Notes: generated by a model not told the origin, from the sequence alone. Numbered from the stretch's first letter, positions 37,211-47,669 are shown. The stretch is DNA of 64,000 nucleotides from Anaerolineae bacterium (GCA_963675785.1 OY776562.1:1088001-1152000); one strand, 5' to 3'. A program made the numbers and translations.

Positions 37211-37726
37211 TTACCACTGATCTGTGTGAACGCGGCTCTCCATGTACTTTGTACTGGGGTCTTTGCTCTCAGCGGGATAGCCCACCGGGATGAGACAGAA
37301 GGGCATGATGTCATCGGGAATGTCGAGGATGCTGCGCACCTTGGCCATACGCCCTTCGTCGGGATACATGCCGCACCATACGGCGCCCAACCCTAGGCCT
37401 GCAACGGCAATGAGCAAGTTTTCGGTGGCGGCGGCCATATCCTGAACCCAGAACGGCGGGCCGGGATTGATAGCTGGGTCGCCGCAGGGGATGATGATCA
37501 CACTGGCCTGGCGGGCCATATCCTCGCGTGGACTGCCAGCATAGAGAGCCAACCGCTTGGCCGGATCTTTGACTACTACAAAATGCCAGGGCTGGCTGTT
37601 GCGTGCTGAGGGGGCGGCCATCGCCGCTTCGAGCAGAGTCGTGACCTGTTCGTCGCTGAGCGGCTGGCCGGTAAAGGCGCGAATGCTGCGCCGGGCAAAC
37701 AGGTTGTCGATTTTCAATTCGGGCAT
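37211..37726 (-). CDS. Nitroreductase family protein (copy 2)
   Basis: RRSIRAF, APSARNSQPW, GLGAVWCG; ATG 37726 with AGGAGG. Confidence 0.92.
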   Translation of the reverse strand: MPELKIDNLFARRSIRAFTGQPLSDEQVTTLLEAAMAAPSARNSQPWHFVVVKDPAKRLALYAGSPREDMARQASVIIIPCGDPAINPGPPFWVQDMAAATENLLIAVAGLGLGAVWCGMYPDEGRMAKVRSILDIPDDIMPFCLIPVGYPAESKDPSTKYMESRVHTDQW

Positions 37727-37820
37727 TGTGTGCCTCCTATAAGGATGACATGACCGATTTTTCAAGAACGAGGTGTTTGCAGTGGGTAGTGTAAATGCTT
37801 GTGCCAGGAGCGGGCGTCGA

Positions 37821-38336
37821 TTACCACTTTTTCAGATGGACGCGGCTTTCCTGATACTGCGTGCGCGCTTCTTTTTCCTCGTTAGGATAGCCGACGGGGA
37901 TGAGGCAGAAGGGCATGATATCCTCGGGGATGCTCAGCACCTTACGTACCGCCGTCACACGTTCGTTGTTAGAGTAAACGCCGCACCAAACTGCGCCCAG
38001 GCCCAAACCTACTGCTGCCAACAGAATGTTCTCCGTCGCAGCGGCTAAATCCTGCACCCAATAGGACGAATTGTTGCTGAGTGCGGGCTCACCACATGGG
38101 ATGATGACGGCGCTGGCTTCACGCGACATGCGCGCATAGGGATGGGCCTCCACAAGTGCTTCGCGGTCCGCCTGGTCGCGCACAACGATGAAATGCCAGG
38201 GCTGCTTGTTGTTGGCCGAGGGTGCAGCCATAGCCGCCTCGAGCAGTGTTTTAATCTGCTCGTCACTGACTTGCTGATCGGTAAAAGACCGGATGCTGCG
38301 TCGGGCAAAAATGTTATCGATTTTCAGTTCGGGCAT
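37821..38336 (-). CDS. Nitroreductase family protein (copy 1)
   Basis: RRSIRSF, APSANNKQPW, GLGAVWCG; ATG 38336 with GAGGAG. Confidence 0.92.
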   Translation of the reverse strand: MPELKIDNIFARRSIRSFTDQQVSDEQIKTLLEAAMAAPSANNKQPWHFIVVRDQADREALVEAHPYARMSREASAVIIPCGEPALSNNSSYWVQDLAAATENILLAAVGLGLGAVWCGVYSNNERVTAVRKVLSIPEDIMPFCLIPVGYPNEEKEARTQYQESRVHLKKW

Positions 38337-38408
38337 TTTTACAACTCCTCTATGATTCATTACGCCTTGGTCCTATGGGCTGTAAGATAACAAGAGGGAG
38401 TACCCTTG

Positions 38409-39584
38409 TCAACGCTTGATGTGGTGTAGCACGCGCCCTGGAAGCGGAGTTCGTATGACAATCGCCTTGTAAGGGCACAGTTCCTGGCAGCAATAACAGC
38501 GAATGCAGCGCATGTAATCGTGGTGGGCAATATCGCCGTTTACCGTAACCGCTGGTGGATCGATGGGGCATACTTGTTCGCAGATGCCGCATCGCTTGCA
38601 GACATCGGCCAGCACAGTGGGGCGGGGGGTGATGAACTGCCGGAAAAAGGTGCGCAGGCTGCTGTTATTCAATGAGGATGTTCCCGACTGCGCGCCGCGA
38701 TTGATGACGAAATCAGCCTGAATGAGCGGTTCGATGGGATCGCCTACTAGTTCGATGTTGGACATGGTTCCCAGGCCGCTGGCTTCGCCGGCGGTGTTGG
38801 TGGGTACCAGCGCCGGGTCGAGGTTGACCAACCGGCAGGCCGTGCTGTCCAGTGCAATGGGGTCGGTTGAAAAGAGCAGCACGCCCATGTTACGCGGGGT
38901 ACCGTTGCGCGGGCCGTTCCCTTCCATGGCGATAATGCCGTCCATCACATAGAGACGCGGCCTGATCAGCGTATTCAAGTCCACCAGCATTTGCGCAAAA
39001 CGGCTGATTTCCGGCAGACGGGCGTGAAACTCGGCCTTGAGCAGCCCTGGAATGCAACCAAACTGGTTTTTCACCGCGCCAGTAAAGCGGGTCAGACCGT
39101 GGGATTTGAGTTTGGAGATAGAGATGAGCCCGTCTGCATCGACCACGCCTTTGGCCAGCGTAAAGCGCTTGATGAGTACACCGCCGGGGTGATTCAACTC
39201 GCGTTGAGTGCTCATATCGGCGGGTTCAAGTCCCAATGCTTCGGCTGCCTCTTGGATGCCGGATTTGCGGGCAGCGGCGCCCTCACGAGACTCGAACCCC
39301 GGGCTGTCACCATAGGTCAACGTAGCATGGGTTTCAGCCAGTACCTGTGCCACAGCCGAAAACACAGCAGGATGAGTGACTGCCATGGATTCGGGCGGCA
39401 GGCTGACCAGCAAATTGGGTTTGAGCAACAATGTCTCGCCAGGGGCAGCAAATTGCTCAGCGCCGCCCAGCAAACGGATGCCCTCGGCCACACAGGTGAG
39501 CACATCATCGGGTGCATAGCTGTTACAACTGACGACGGCGACGCGGGAAGGGTGGGATAGACTGTTCAAGGTATTCTCCGACAA
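38409..39584 (-). CDS. DUF362 domain protein with C-terminal 2x[4Fe-4S]
   Basis: LLKPNL, THP, KLKSH, GAVKNQFG, MEGNGP, CKRCGICEQVCP, CIRCYCCQELCP; start uncertain. Confidence 0.88.
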   Translation of the reverse strand: MSENTLNSLSHPSRVAVVSCNSYAPDDVLTCVAEGIRLLGGAEQFAAPGETLLLKPNLLVSLPPESMAVTHPAVFSAVAQVLAETHATLTYGDSPGFESREGAAARKSGIQEAAEALGLEPADMSTQRELNHPGGVLIKRFTLAKGVVDADGLISISKLKSHGLTRFTGAVKNQFGCIPGLLKAEFHARLPEISRFAQMLVDLNTLIRPRLYVMDGIIAMEGNGPRNGTPRNMGVLLFSTDPIALDSTACRLVNLDPALVPTNTAGEASGLGTMSNIELVGDPIEPLIQADFVINRGAQSGTSSLNNSSLRTFFRQFITPRPTVLADVCKRCGICEQVCPIDPPAVTVNGDIAHHDYMRCIRCYCCQELCPYKAIVIRTPLPGRVLHHIKR

Positions 39585-39619
39585 AAAAGGGCAGCGGACT
39601 GTTGAGCCCGCTGCCCTTT
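39583..39619 (-). terminator. Intrinsic terminator after beta-mannosidase
   Basis: AAAGGGCAGCGG...CCGCTGCCCTTT; T6 tail on the minus strand. Confidence 0.7.
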
Positions 39620-39626
39620 CGTATGG

Positions 39627-42107
39627 CTAGATCTTGGCAACCAGGCTTGTAAGGTCAAACACTTCAATGGCCCCCGGGTTGCTCGAACACTCGATCTCGT
39701 ATTCGACGCCCGGCTCCATGTTGAGGCAGTTGCCTCCCATATCGACATCGTTCTCTGGCTCGATAAACACGCCAAAAGCGGGCACATCGCTGATGAGGGT
39801 AATGATGTCGTCTTCTACACTCACCGCAATGTTGGGCTTGGCCAGGTTCATCGAGCGGAAGCGTTGGAACACCTTGTAATTGGTGTAAATGTCCCCGTCC
39901 AAATCCAACTCGACATAAACAACCGTGTCGAAGAGGTCGCCGTTCAACTCGTGCGGGTTGGTGGTAGAAGGCTGATCTACCGGCATGACCCGTATCTTGT
40001 GTCCGATGCCCAAATCCTCCAGCGCCAGATGCTTGAGCACTGTCGTGCTGTTGGGTTGCAGTGTCACCGGAAAGCTCAGTTCCGCGCGTAGCTCGCCAGC
40101 TAGGGTGTATGATGTCAGTCGTACTGTACCAGCAGTTTCTCCTATACGATCCGAGGCCGCCTTGAGTATCAATTCGCCATTCTCTTCCACCAATACGGGC
40201 AGTACATCCGCAAAAAAGTCCCCGGTATAGTGGTAAAGTGCCTTTTTTCGCCCGTAATAGTCGATAGAGGCCCAACTGGCTACTGGCCAACAGTCGTTGA
40301 TCTGCCAATAGAGTGCTCCGGCTGTGTTGAACATGCGTAGCCGCCAGTGCTCAACAGCCGTCTTGACGGCCTCAGCCTGGTTGAACTGGGTGAGGTACAC
40401 AAAGCTGCGGAAATCCTTGGGGAATCCCACGCGCCCCACCAGGAACCGGACCAGCCGCTCGGTGCCCTCTTTCATCTTGTTGTGCGAACGCACCACATCG
40501 CTCAGGATGGTGCGGTCTTCGGGCTCGGTATAGCTGAGTACTGTCTTCCAGTTGGGCATGGCCTGAAAGCCGAATTCGCTCAGGAAGCGACCGTTATCGG
40601 CCAAATATCCCGAGTAATCCTGCCAGTTGCTCCACACCGACCACTGATGGCGGTCGCCGGCCTTTTCGCTGTTGGGTGTGTCTCCGCCATAAGGGCTCGA
40701 TACCCAGTAAGGGCGAGAAGGATCGACCTCGCCGCATACCTCGGGCAGAATCTGGCGGTAAATGGTGTTGCCCAAATACTCGGGCACGCCGTTGCCCCAC
40801 CAATCCGCAAAGCCCCAGTTGTTCTCATTGTTGCCGCACCATAGCACGATGCTGGGATAGTTGCGCAACCGTGAGACCACCTCGATGGCTTCTTCGCGGG
40901 CGCTATCGCGGAACCATTCGAACTCATCGGGATACTGGGCGCAGGCGTACATAAAGTCCTGCCAAACCATAATACCCAGGCGGTCGCAGGCCTCATAGAA
41001 AGCGGGGTCTTCGTACAATCCGCCGCCCCAGATGCGCAGCATGTTCATGTTCGCTTCTGCCGCCATCTCGATCAGGCTCTCATAGCGCTCTGCGTCGAGG
41101 CGCGGCAGCAGGTTGTCTGCCGGAATCCAGTTGGCACCCTTGCAGAACACGCGTCGGCCGTTGATCTCGATGATAAAGCTCTTGCCTTCGACATCTTCTT
41201 CCTGGATAAGGCGCACCGTGCGGATGCCGGTCTTGATCCGGGCAGTGTCGAGAGTCGCTTTGCTGGCTAGCAGGGTGATCTCGACATCATAGAGGGGTTG
41301 GACACCCAGGCCATTAGGCCACCACAACTGGGCGTCATCGATGGTCATGGTAGTCTCAAAGCCTAGCGTGCCGCGCAGATTATCCACGCTCACGGTCTTT
41401 TCCACCACGGGTTCACCATCTAGTGAGATGGCGATGCGAGCCTGGAGAGGCACAACGTCATATTGGCGAATGGCCGCTTCGACGTGCAGCGCCGCCGTCC
41501 CGTCTTCGTTGATGGACTTGGTATAAGCATAGGGATTGCTCAGCTCAGCGGTGCGGATGACGCGCACCTGAACGGGCCGCCAAATGCCTACCTGGGCGAT
41601 CCGTGGTCCCCAGTCCCAGCCATAGGCATATTGGGCCTTGCGGATATAGGGTCGCGCAGATTCACAGCCGCCCTTGAGATCGAGGTCGCTGTTGCGTTCC
41701 ATATCCTTGATGGTGTTTAGCGGAGAATGGAGGTAAACCGTGAGCGTGTTCTCGGTCTCAGCAAACTGGGTGATATCGAACCAGTAACGCATGAACATGT
41801 TGTCGGCACTGCCGATAAACACGTCATTGACATAAATATCGGCATAGGTATCCAACCCCTCGAAAAGCAGGTCGATCTGGTCGGCTTCCAGGTCTTCTTC
41901 ACCCAGTTCGAAGGATCGTCGATAGACCCATTCCTTCGGTTCGAGTTTTACGGCCTCGACCTCGTTCATGCGGTAAAACGGATCGGGCAGGTCACCGAGG
42001 TTCATCAAATCCAGTTGTACACAACCGGGCACAGTGGCTGCGCGCCAATCATCGCCGGCCACGTCCCTGAATTGCCATTCGCCGTCAAGGCTGTAGGTCT
42101 TGATCAT
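39627..42107 (-). CDS. Glycoside hydrolase family 2 beta-mannosidase
   Basis: RKAQYAYGWDWGP, KGANWIP, RIWGGG, WCGNNE, SEFG, WQINDCWP. Confidence 0.93.
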   Translation of the reverse strand: MIKTYSLDGEWQFRDVAGDDWRAATVPGCVQLDLMNLGDLPDPFYRMNEVEAVKLEPKEWVYRRSFELGEEDLEADQIDLLFEGLDTYADIYVNDVFIGSADNMFMRYWFDITQFAETENTLTVYLHSPLNTIKDMERNSDLDLKGGCESARPYIRKAQYAYGWDWGPRIAQVGIWRPVQVRVIRTAELSNPYAYTKSINEDGTAALHVEAAIRQYDVVPLQARIAISLDGEPVVEKTVSVDNLRGTLGFETTMTIDDAQLWWPNGLGVQPLYDVEITLLASKATLDTARIKTGIRTVRLIQEEDVEGKSFIIEINGRRVFCKGANWIPADNLLPRLDAERYESLIEMAAEANMNMLRIWGGGLYEDPAFYEACDRLGIMVWQDFMYACAQYPDEFEWFRDSAREEAIEVVSRLRNYPSIVLWCGNNENNWGFADWWGNGVPEYLGNTIYRQILPEVCGEVDPSRPYWVSSPYGGDTPNSEKAGDRHQWSVWSNWQDYSGYLADNGRFLSEFGFQAMPNWKTVLSYTEPEDRTILSDVVRSHNKMKEGTERLVRFLVGRVGFPKDFRSFVYLTQFNQAEAVKTAVEHWRLRMFNTAGALYWQINDCWPVASWASIDYYGRKKALYHYTGDFFADVLPVLVEENGELILKAASDRIGETAGTVRLTSYTLAGELRAELSFPVTLQPNSTTVLKHLALEDLGIGHKIRVMPVDQPSTTNPHELNGDLFDTVVYVELDLDGDIYTNYKVFQRFRSMNLAKPNIAVSVEDDIITLISDVPAFGVFIEPENDVDMGGNCLNMEPGVEYEIECSSNPGAIEVFDLTSLVAKI

Positions 42108-42169
42108 CGTGCCTCCTCATAAGGCCGTTCAATTAGGTGTTGCGATAATAGTCTCGCCTGCAATTCGGG

Positions 42170-42826
42170 TCAAACGCTGCTCAACCTGGCCCGGAGCTGT
42201 GTGATCTCGACCGGGTTCCCCCGGAAGGTCTTTACGGCAATGCGCTCTTGCTGATACGTCTCCATGCCATTTAATAGCTGAGCTAATCGTTCTTCGCTGT
42301 GATGGCGCATCACTACCCCTGGCTCGATCTCAAAACAGCCATAGGTACCCAGTTCTGGTGCCCAGCGTGCGTAGCGTTCCTGATTCCGCGCGTCATCCTG
42401 CAGCCCGTAATCCGAGAGATAGAGTACGCCGTCGGGCCGCAGAATGCGGCGTACATCAGCCATCACCGCATCTTGCGATGCATCATCGGCGATGCAGGTG
42501 AGCACGGCGAACAACAGCACGGCATCCACCGAGCCATCGGGCAGGGGGGCGTGTCCTGCTGGCATGGTGCGCAGGTCGAGCTGTGGATATAGCTGTTGGC
42601 CTCGGTGGATCATCTCGGCTGAGGTGTCTAGCCCGATGGGCGAGAGGCCGGCCTCTGCCAGGACAGTACAGGTGCGGCCATAGCCGCAACCGTAATCCAC
42701 CACAGTTGCCCCTATGCCCAGCTCTTCCACCAGGGCGACAGCGTCAACAGGGTGAGTAAAGGTGACCGAATCTGCCACGCGATCCCAATAGTCAGCCTGA
42801 GAGGTTGGGGTGTCTGGCGTTTGCAT
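42170..42826 (-). CDS. Class I SAM-dependent methyltransferase
   Basis: VDYGCGYGR motif I, FAVLTCI, LRPDG. Confidence 0.88.
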   Translation of the reverse strand: MQTPDTPTSQADYWDRVADSVTFTHPVDAVALVEELGIGATVVDYGCGYGRTCTVLAEAGLSPIGLDTSAEMIHRGQQLYPQLDLRTMPAGHAPLPDGSVDAVLLFAVLTCIADDASQDAVMADVRRILRPDGVLYLSDYGLQDDARNQERYARWAPELGTYGCFEIEPGVVMRHHSEERLAQLLNGMETYQQERIAVKTFRGNPVEITQLRARLSSV

Positions 42827-42999
42827 GAGAAGGGACTCTCCAATCCGGGATAAGATACGATAACGACCACACAGTTGGTCTCTAGCTCATTTTATCTTAA
42901 CAATCCTACTCTTGTCGGAACAGCAGGTCAACGCGTTTTACACGTACCGCGTGAGAGGCGTATGATGGATGCACCTATAGATAGAAAAGGACGAAACCG

Positions 43000-44208
43000 A
43001 TGGCAGATAAGGCTTTTGAGACACTGGTTGTACACGCAGGGAAAGAGTTTGCCGTACCAACTCCAGGAGGCCGCCCCGTTACGGTGCCCATCGACATGAG
43101 CGTGGGCTATGCTCAGCAGAGCATGAAAGCGCTGGATGACGTCTTTGCTACTGGAGAGGGCTATGTTTATGTTCGTTACGGTACACCCACCGTCGCCGCC
43201 TTTGAACATGCCGTCGCAGCGCTAGAGGCTGCGCCCGAAGCCGTGGCCTATGGCAGCGGCATGGCTGCCCTCACCGGTGCTATTCTGGGTGCTGGCGCCA
43301 AACAGGGCTCGACCGTGGTTTGCGCCAGAGACGTGTATGGCGCCACCATCGCCTTGCTGCGCGATGTGTTGGGTACGATGGGTGTTGAGATGGTATTGGT
43401 GGATATCACCGACCATAAAGTCGTTGCCGAGGCGCTTGCTGCGCCGGCTGCCTGCACCCTGGTATGTGAAACGGTCTCCAATCCTCTGCTGGTGGTGGCT
43501 GATGTGCCCGCGCTGGCTGAAATCGCCCATCAGCAGGGGGCCACGCTCATTGTGGATAGCACCTTTGCCACGCCCTATCTCTACCGGCCTTACTTGGACG
43601 GCGTGGATTATGTGGTGCATTCGGCCACCAAGTACATCTCTGGCCACGGCGATGTCATGGCCGGCGTCATTGCCTGTAATTCAGCTCGTGCTACCGATCT
43701 GCGCAACCGCCAAAAGAGCTTGGGCGCTAATCTGGGCCCCATGGAGGCCTGGTTGGCTCTGCGCGGCATCCGAACGCTGGCCCTGCGCATGAAGCAGCAG
43801 TGTGCCAGCGCGGCACGGGTGGCCGCCTGGCTCGACGCCGATCCGCGCGTTGCCCACGTCAATTATCCGGGCCTGGCGCATCATGCCCAACACGAACTGA
43901 CGGCTCGCCTGTTCGCTGGTAAGGGCTTTGGCGCCATGATCAGCTTTGACCTGCGCAATGCTGGCCGTGCCGAGGTCTTTGCCCTCATGGAGGCGCTGCA
44001 ACTCATTGCCCCGGTCACCACCCTCGGTGATGTCTATTCCCTCATGCTCTATCCGGCCATGGCCTCGCATCGGGGCTTGCCCGCCGAACAGCGCAAAGCC
44101 ATTGGCATTGGCGATGGTCTAGTGCGCTTGAGCGTGGGCATTGAGGCGCCGGAGGACATTATCGCCGATCTCGACCAGGCTCTTGACTCGGCCCAGGGCG
44201 CGAAATAA
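43000..44208 (+). CDS. Cys/Met metabolism PLP enzyme (cystathionine gamma-synthase/methionine gamma-lyase family)
   Basis: YVRYGTPT, SGMAA, DSTFATP, HSATKYISGHGD (PLP Lys), RLSVGIE. Confidence 0.92.
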   Translation: MADKAFETLVVHAGKEFAVPTPGGRPVTVPIDMSVGYAQQSMKALDDVFATGEGYVYVRYGTPTVAAFEHAVAALEAAPEAVAYGSGMAALTGAILGAGAKQGSTVVCARDVYGATIALLRDVLGTMGVEMVLVDITDHKVVAEALAAPAACTLVCETVSNPLLVVADVPALAEIAHQQGATLIVDSTFATPYLYRPYLDGVDYVVHSATKYISGHGDVMAGVIACNSARATDLRNRQKSLGANLGPMEAWLALRGIRTLALRMKQQCASAARVAAWLDADPRVAHVNYPGLAHHAQHELTARLFAGKGFGAMISFDLRNAGRAEVFALMEALQLIAPVTTLGDVYSLMLYPAMASHRGLPAEQRKAIGIGDGLVRLSVGIEAPEDIIADLDQALDSAQGAK

Positions 44209-44229
44209 TCACTGTTTCGTGCATATGCT

Positions 44230-44263
44230 AAAGGGCGACCGATTCACGAATCGGTCGCCCTTT
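44230..44263. terminator. Bidirectional terminator
   Basis: AAAGGGCGACCGATTC-AC-GAATCGGTCGCCCTTT. Confidence 0.75.
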
Positions 44264-44310
44264 GTGATTTGCGCCAAGCTATCCCTATCTAGGCCTTTGG
44301 AACTTGCTCC

Positions 44311-44598
44311 TTAGTTGGACTCCACAACAAGGGTGTCGCAATCGGCACTCTCTAGTCGGTACTTGAGGATTTCCTGATACGCGTCGGATTGATACCACGC
44401 CATGAGCGCTCTTTTATCGGGAAACTCGATCAGCACCAGCCGCGTGTAGGGCCAATTGCCTTCCAAAACGGTTGGGTTGTTATCGACAGTGAGGTACTTG
44501 CCTTTGTACTGGGCAAAGACGCGATCGCTGTTCGCCACATATTTGGCATAGGCAGCCTCGTCTTTGATGCGAATGTTGGCGATAAAATAGACGCTCAT
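44311..44598 (-). CDS. DUF1330 domain protein
   Basis: VLEGNW...LVLIEFPD...WYQSDAYQ. Confidence 0.85.
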   Translation of the reverse strand: MSVYFIANIRIKDEAAYAKYVANSDRVFAQYKGKYLTVDNNPTVLEGNWPYTRLVLIEFPDKRALMAWYQSDAYQEILKYRLESADCDTLVVESN

Positions 44599-44611
44599 CT
44601 AGGCACTTTCT

Positions 44612-45394
44612 TTATACCTTGATCTCACCAGCTAGATACAACACAGCTCTACCAGCGATCTTGACTCGCTCGTCACAATATTCGCACTGTAGTGAACCGC
44701 CGCGTTCGGATAACTGCCTTGCCACCATCTGCGTTTTGCCAAGTCGTTCTGCCCAAAAGGGAATCAGGGTCGTATGCGAGGAGCCCGTAACTGGATCCTC
44801 AGGTATTCCTGCGTTGGGGGCAAAGAAACGTGAGACAAAATCTACCTCGTTCCCTTGGGCCGTAACGATCACTGCAAAACAATCGGGAATTCTCGCGAGT
44901 AATTCCATATTGAGTTGCAGGTTCTGTACCGTTTCTTCATCTTTTACCAGCAGCAACAGATCACGCGCCTGATGCGCTTCCAACACGGGGCATCCCAGAG
45001 CTTGTTCCATCAATGGCGTGACTTTTGCTTCGACCGGTGCCCTGCTGGGAAAATCCATCTCGAACAAGTCGCCTTTTGGGATGACACATAGAATCCCGCT
45101 CTGTGTTGTGAAACGTATAGTCTCTAGATCGGGGTTTACGAATTTGGAAATGATGAATGCGCTCGCCAAAGTAGCATGGCCACACAAATCGATCTCTACT
45201 TTTGGTGTAAACCAACGCAAATCAAAATCGGTGCCGTTAGGGAGGATAAACGCAGTTTCTGCCAGGTTGTTCTCCGCCGCTATTTTCTGCAGGGTATCGT
45301 CATCTAGCGGCGTCTCTAAAAGACACACGCCAGCTTGATTTCCTTGAAACAATCTGTCGGCAAACGCATCTACCACAAAATACTTTATATTCAT
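44612..45394 (-). CDS. PhzF family epimerase/isomerase
   Basis: VDAF...GNQAGV, ETAF, EIDLCGHATLA, EDPVTGS. Confidence 0.93.
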   Translation of the reverse strand: MNIKYFVVDAFADRLFQGNQAGVCLLETPLDDDTLQKIAAENNLAETAFILPNGTDFDLRWFTPKVEIDLCGHATLASAFIISKFVNPDLETIRFTTQSGILCVIPKGDLFEMDFPSRAPVEAKVTPLMEQALGCPVLEAHQARDLLLLVKDEETVQNLQLNMELLARIPDCFAVIVTAQGNEVDFVSRFFAPNAGIPEDPVTGSSHTTLIPFWAERLGKTQMVARQLSERGGSLQCEYCDERVKIAGRAVLYLAGEIKV

Positions 45395-45524
45395 CGTCCC
45401 TCAAACTTGCTATGTAACGGATCAAACCCAAATCAGCTTTTGCCAAGCTCGCCATTTATAATATCAAAAGGCACTCTGCTATCACAGATCACTTGTCATT
45501 GCGGGATCATAGTGAAAGCTGATT

Positions 45525-46361
45525 TTACTCTTCAAAATTACATTTTGTGGTGGCCAGAAGCTGGAGGGATTCCGGAGTGACCTTGTAGAATGGCTCGTGC
45601 TTGTTGAGGGTGGCAATGAGAGCCATTTCTTCATCGGTAAGGCTGAAATCGAATATCTCCACGTTCTCCTTGATATGATCGTGAGACTTGCTGCCGGGAA
45701 CAAGACCGAAGCCCATCTGGATATGCCAGCGAAGAATGACCTGAACAGTGCTCTTGCCGTACTTCTCAGCAAGGGAGATGAAGACCGGGTCATTTATAAG
45801 ATCAGCATTGCCGTGACCCAGCGGATACCAGGCCTGCAGCTTGATCCCCTTCTCGTCGCAGAACGATTTGACAGCCTCGGCAGGGTAATATGGGTGACAC
45901 TCCACCTGCATGAGGGCAGGTGTGATCTCGCATTTTTCAACGACTTCCCTGATCTTCTCGACTGGGAAGTTGGAGATGCCAATGGCGCGAATCTTGCCGG
46001 CTTTACAGGCCTTCTCCAGCATCTTATAGGCGTAGATGTAGTTGTTGACCGGGTGATGAAGGATCATAACATCGATGTAATCCACGCCAAGGCGCTTTAA
46101 TGTGCCATCAATAGCATCGTCTTTTTCATACAGAGTAGGTCCGAGCTTTGTTTCAAGAAAGTACTCCTCTCTTTTCAGGCCGGACTTCTTGAGTCCTTTG
46201 CCGACCTCCACTTCATTTCCGTAGCGGTTGGCAGTGTCAATGAGCTTGTAGCCGTTGTTAAGGGCAAATGCAACATTGTCAGTGATCTGTTCTCCGTATT
46301 GCCCGATCGTGCCGAATCCAAGCTGCGGCAGTTCAATTCCGTTGTCAAGTTTTATTTTCAT
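45525..46361 (-). CDS. Aldo/keto reductase (AKR5-like)
   Basis: IDTANRYGNE, TKL, ILHHP, IGISNF. Confidence 0.93.
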   Translation of the reverse strand: MKIKLDNGIELPQLGFGTIGQYGEQITDNVAFALNNGYKLIDTANRYGNEVEVGKGLKKSGLKREEYFLETKLGPTLYEKDDAIDGTLKRLGVDYIDVMILHHPVNNYIYAYKMLEKACKAGKIRAIGISNFPVEKIREVVEKCEITPALMQVECHPYYPAEAVKSFCDEKGIKLQAWYPLGHGNADLINDPVFISLAEKYGKSTVQVILRWHIQMGFGLVPGSKSHDHIKENVEIFDFSLTDEEMALIATLNKHEPFYKVTPESLQLLATTKCNFEE

Positions 46362-46395
46362 TTGGTTTTATCCTCCCGAATGTGTATTTCGCTGA

Positions 46396-47265
46396 TCAAT
46401 CGTGTATGTTTCTCTGGCAGCACATCCGCACAAAGTCTGGGTCAAAATGCTTGACAGCCGTCCCCTCGTATCCCATATCCAGCGAAGCGACCTGCTGCAT
46501 TTCTTCGTCCGTCAACGAGAAATCCCAGATGTTGAAATTCTCCACTATGCGCTCTTTGTGGGTAGACTTCGGAATGACCGTCACACCGCGCTGAACGTTC
46601 CAGCGGAGTATCACCTGCGCTATGTTCTTTCCATGTGCTTCGGCAATACCTTTCAACATCTCGTTTTCAAACGGATTATACCGTCCGCCACCCAGTGGGG
46701 CCCACGCTTCGGGATGCACGCCATAATGTCGCATAGTGTCAAGAGCGCTCTCTTGTGTAAAATATGGATGCAGCTCTACCTGATTTACGACGGGTTTGAT
46801 CTCCACGGTCTCGCAGAAGTTTGTCAGCACGAAGGGATAGAAGTTGGAGACACCAATAGCACGCAGCTTTCCTTCTTTATAGGCATCCTCCATGGCACGC
46901 CACGCGCTAAAGTAGTCCTTCATCGCCTGATGCAGCAGATAGAGGTCGATATAATCAAGTCCCATGGCATTTAAAGACGCGTCGATAGCCTTCTTTGCCA
47001 TGTCATAGTTCTGCATATCCTGTACCCACATCTTGGAGGTGATGAAGAGCTCCTCGCGGGTGCAGATGCCTTCGGCAATAGCCTCACGGACTGCCTCACC
47101 TACAGCGTCCTCGTTGGTGTAGGAAGCGGCAGTGTCAATAAGGCGATAGCTGGCACGGATGGCATCCAATACAGATCGCTTGCACTCTTCCTTATCGCGC
47201 ACCTGAAAGACGCCCAAGCCCTCCATGGGCATTTTGATTCCGTTGGATAATGTTTTGAATTCCAC
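46396..47265 (-). CDS. Aldo/keto reductase (AKR5-like)
   Basis: IDTAASYTNE, TSKMW, LLHQ, IGVSNF, IPKS. Confidence 0.93.
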   Translation of the reverse strand: MEFKTLSNGIKMPMEGLGVFQVRDKEECKRSVLDAIRASYRLIDTAASYTNEDAVGEAVREAIAEGICTREELFITSKMWVQDMQNYDMAKKAIDASLNAMGLDYIDLYLLHQAMKDYFSAWRAMEDAYKEGKLRAIGVSNFYPFVLTNFCETVEIKPVVNQVELHPYFTQESALDTMRHYGVHPEAWAPLGGGRYNPFENEMLKGIAEAHGKNIAQVILRWNVQRGVTVIPKSTHKERIVENFNIWDFSLTDEEMQQVASLDMGYEGTAVKHFDPDFVRMCCQRNIHD

Positions 47266-47290
47266 TGTTTTTTCCTTCTCAATATAGTTA

Positions 47291-47653
47291 TCAGTATACC
47301 AAAGCTGTAAAGCTGAACTGAATGAGTTTCCACTCGCTGTCTGTGAGGGTGTAGACCTCAGTTACTGCAAAGTGATGGGTGGTTGGCTTGCCGTCAAGGA
47401 GCAAACCGTAATCGCAGTCTGTGATCACAACGGCGATATCACCGTATATTCTGGCTTTCTTGTCGTGGAAAACGAGTTCTGTTGGTTTGAAAAGGTCGCT
47501 GGTGTAACATTCGATCTCTTTTTCGAGTTCACAGGTCATTCCGGTGCGAACGAAACAGCAATCAGAAACAGCAATCTCGCGCATACCGTTCTCATCGGCT
47601 GTTTCCATGGCTTTTCAGAATTTTCCCGATATACTTAAAATCTGATCTTTCAT
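47291..47653 (-). pseudogene. NTF2-like/DUF4440 protein interrupted by an in-frame TGA at codon 13
   Basis: ATG 47653 reads MKDQILSISGKF*KAMETADENG in frame with the 47291..47608 ORF; TGA at 47617-47615; C-terminal TEVY...WKLIQFSF is typical of the NTF2-like fold. Confidence 0.65.
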
Positions 47654-47669
47654 AAAATGTCACCCTTCA

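Noticed and set aside
44612-45394. Phenazine biosynthesis cluster
   Set aside because: Lone PhzF-family gene with no other phz genes.
47615-47617. Selenocysteine or alternative genetic code at the in-frame TGA
   Set aside because: The context suggests Trp rather than Cys, no clear SECIS hairpin follows, and adjacent genes end in TGA and use TGG for Trp.
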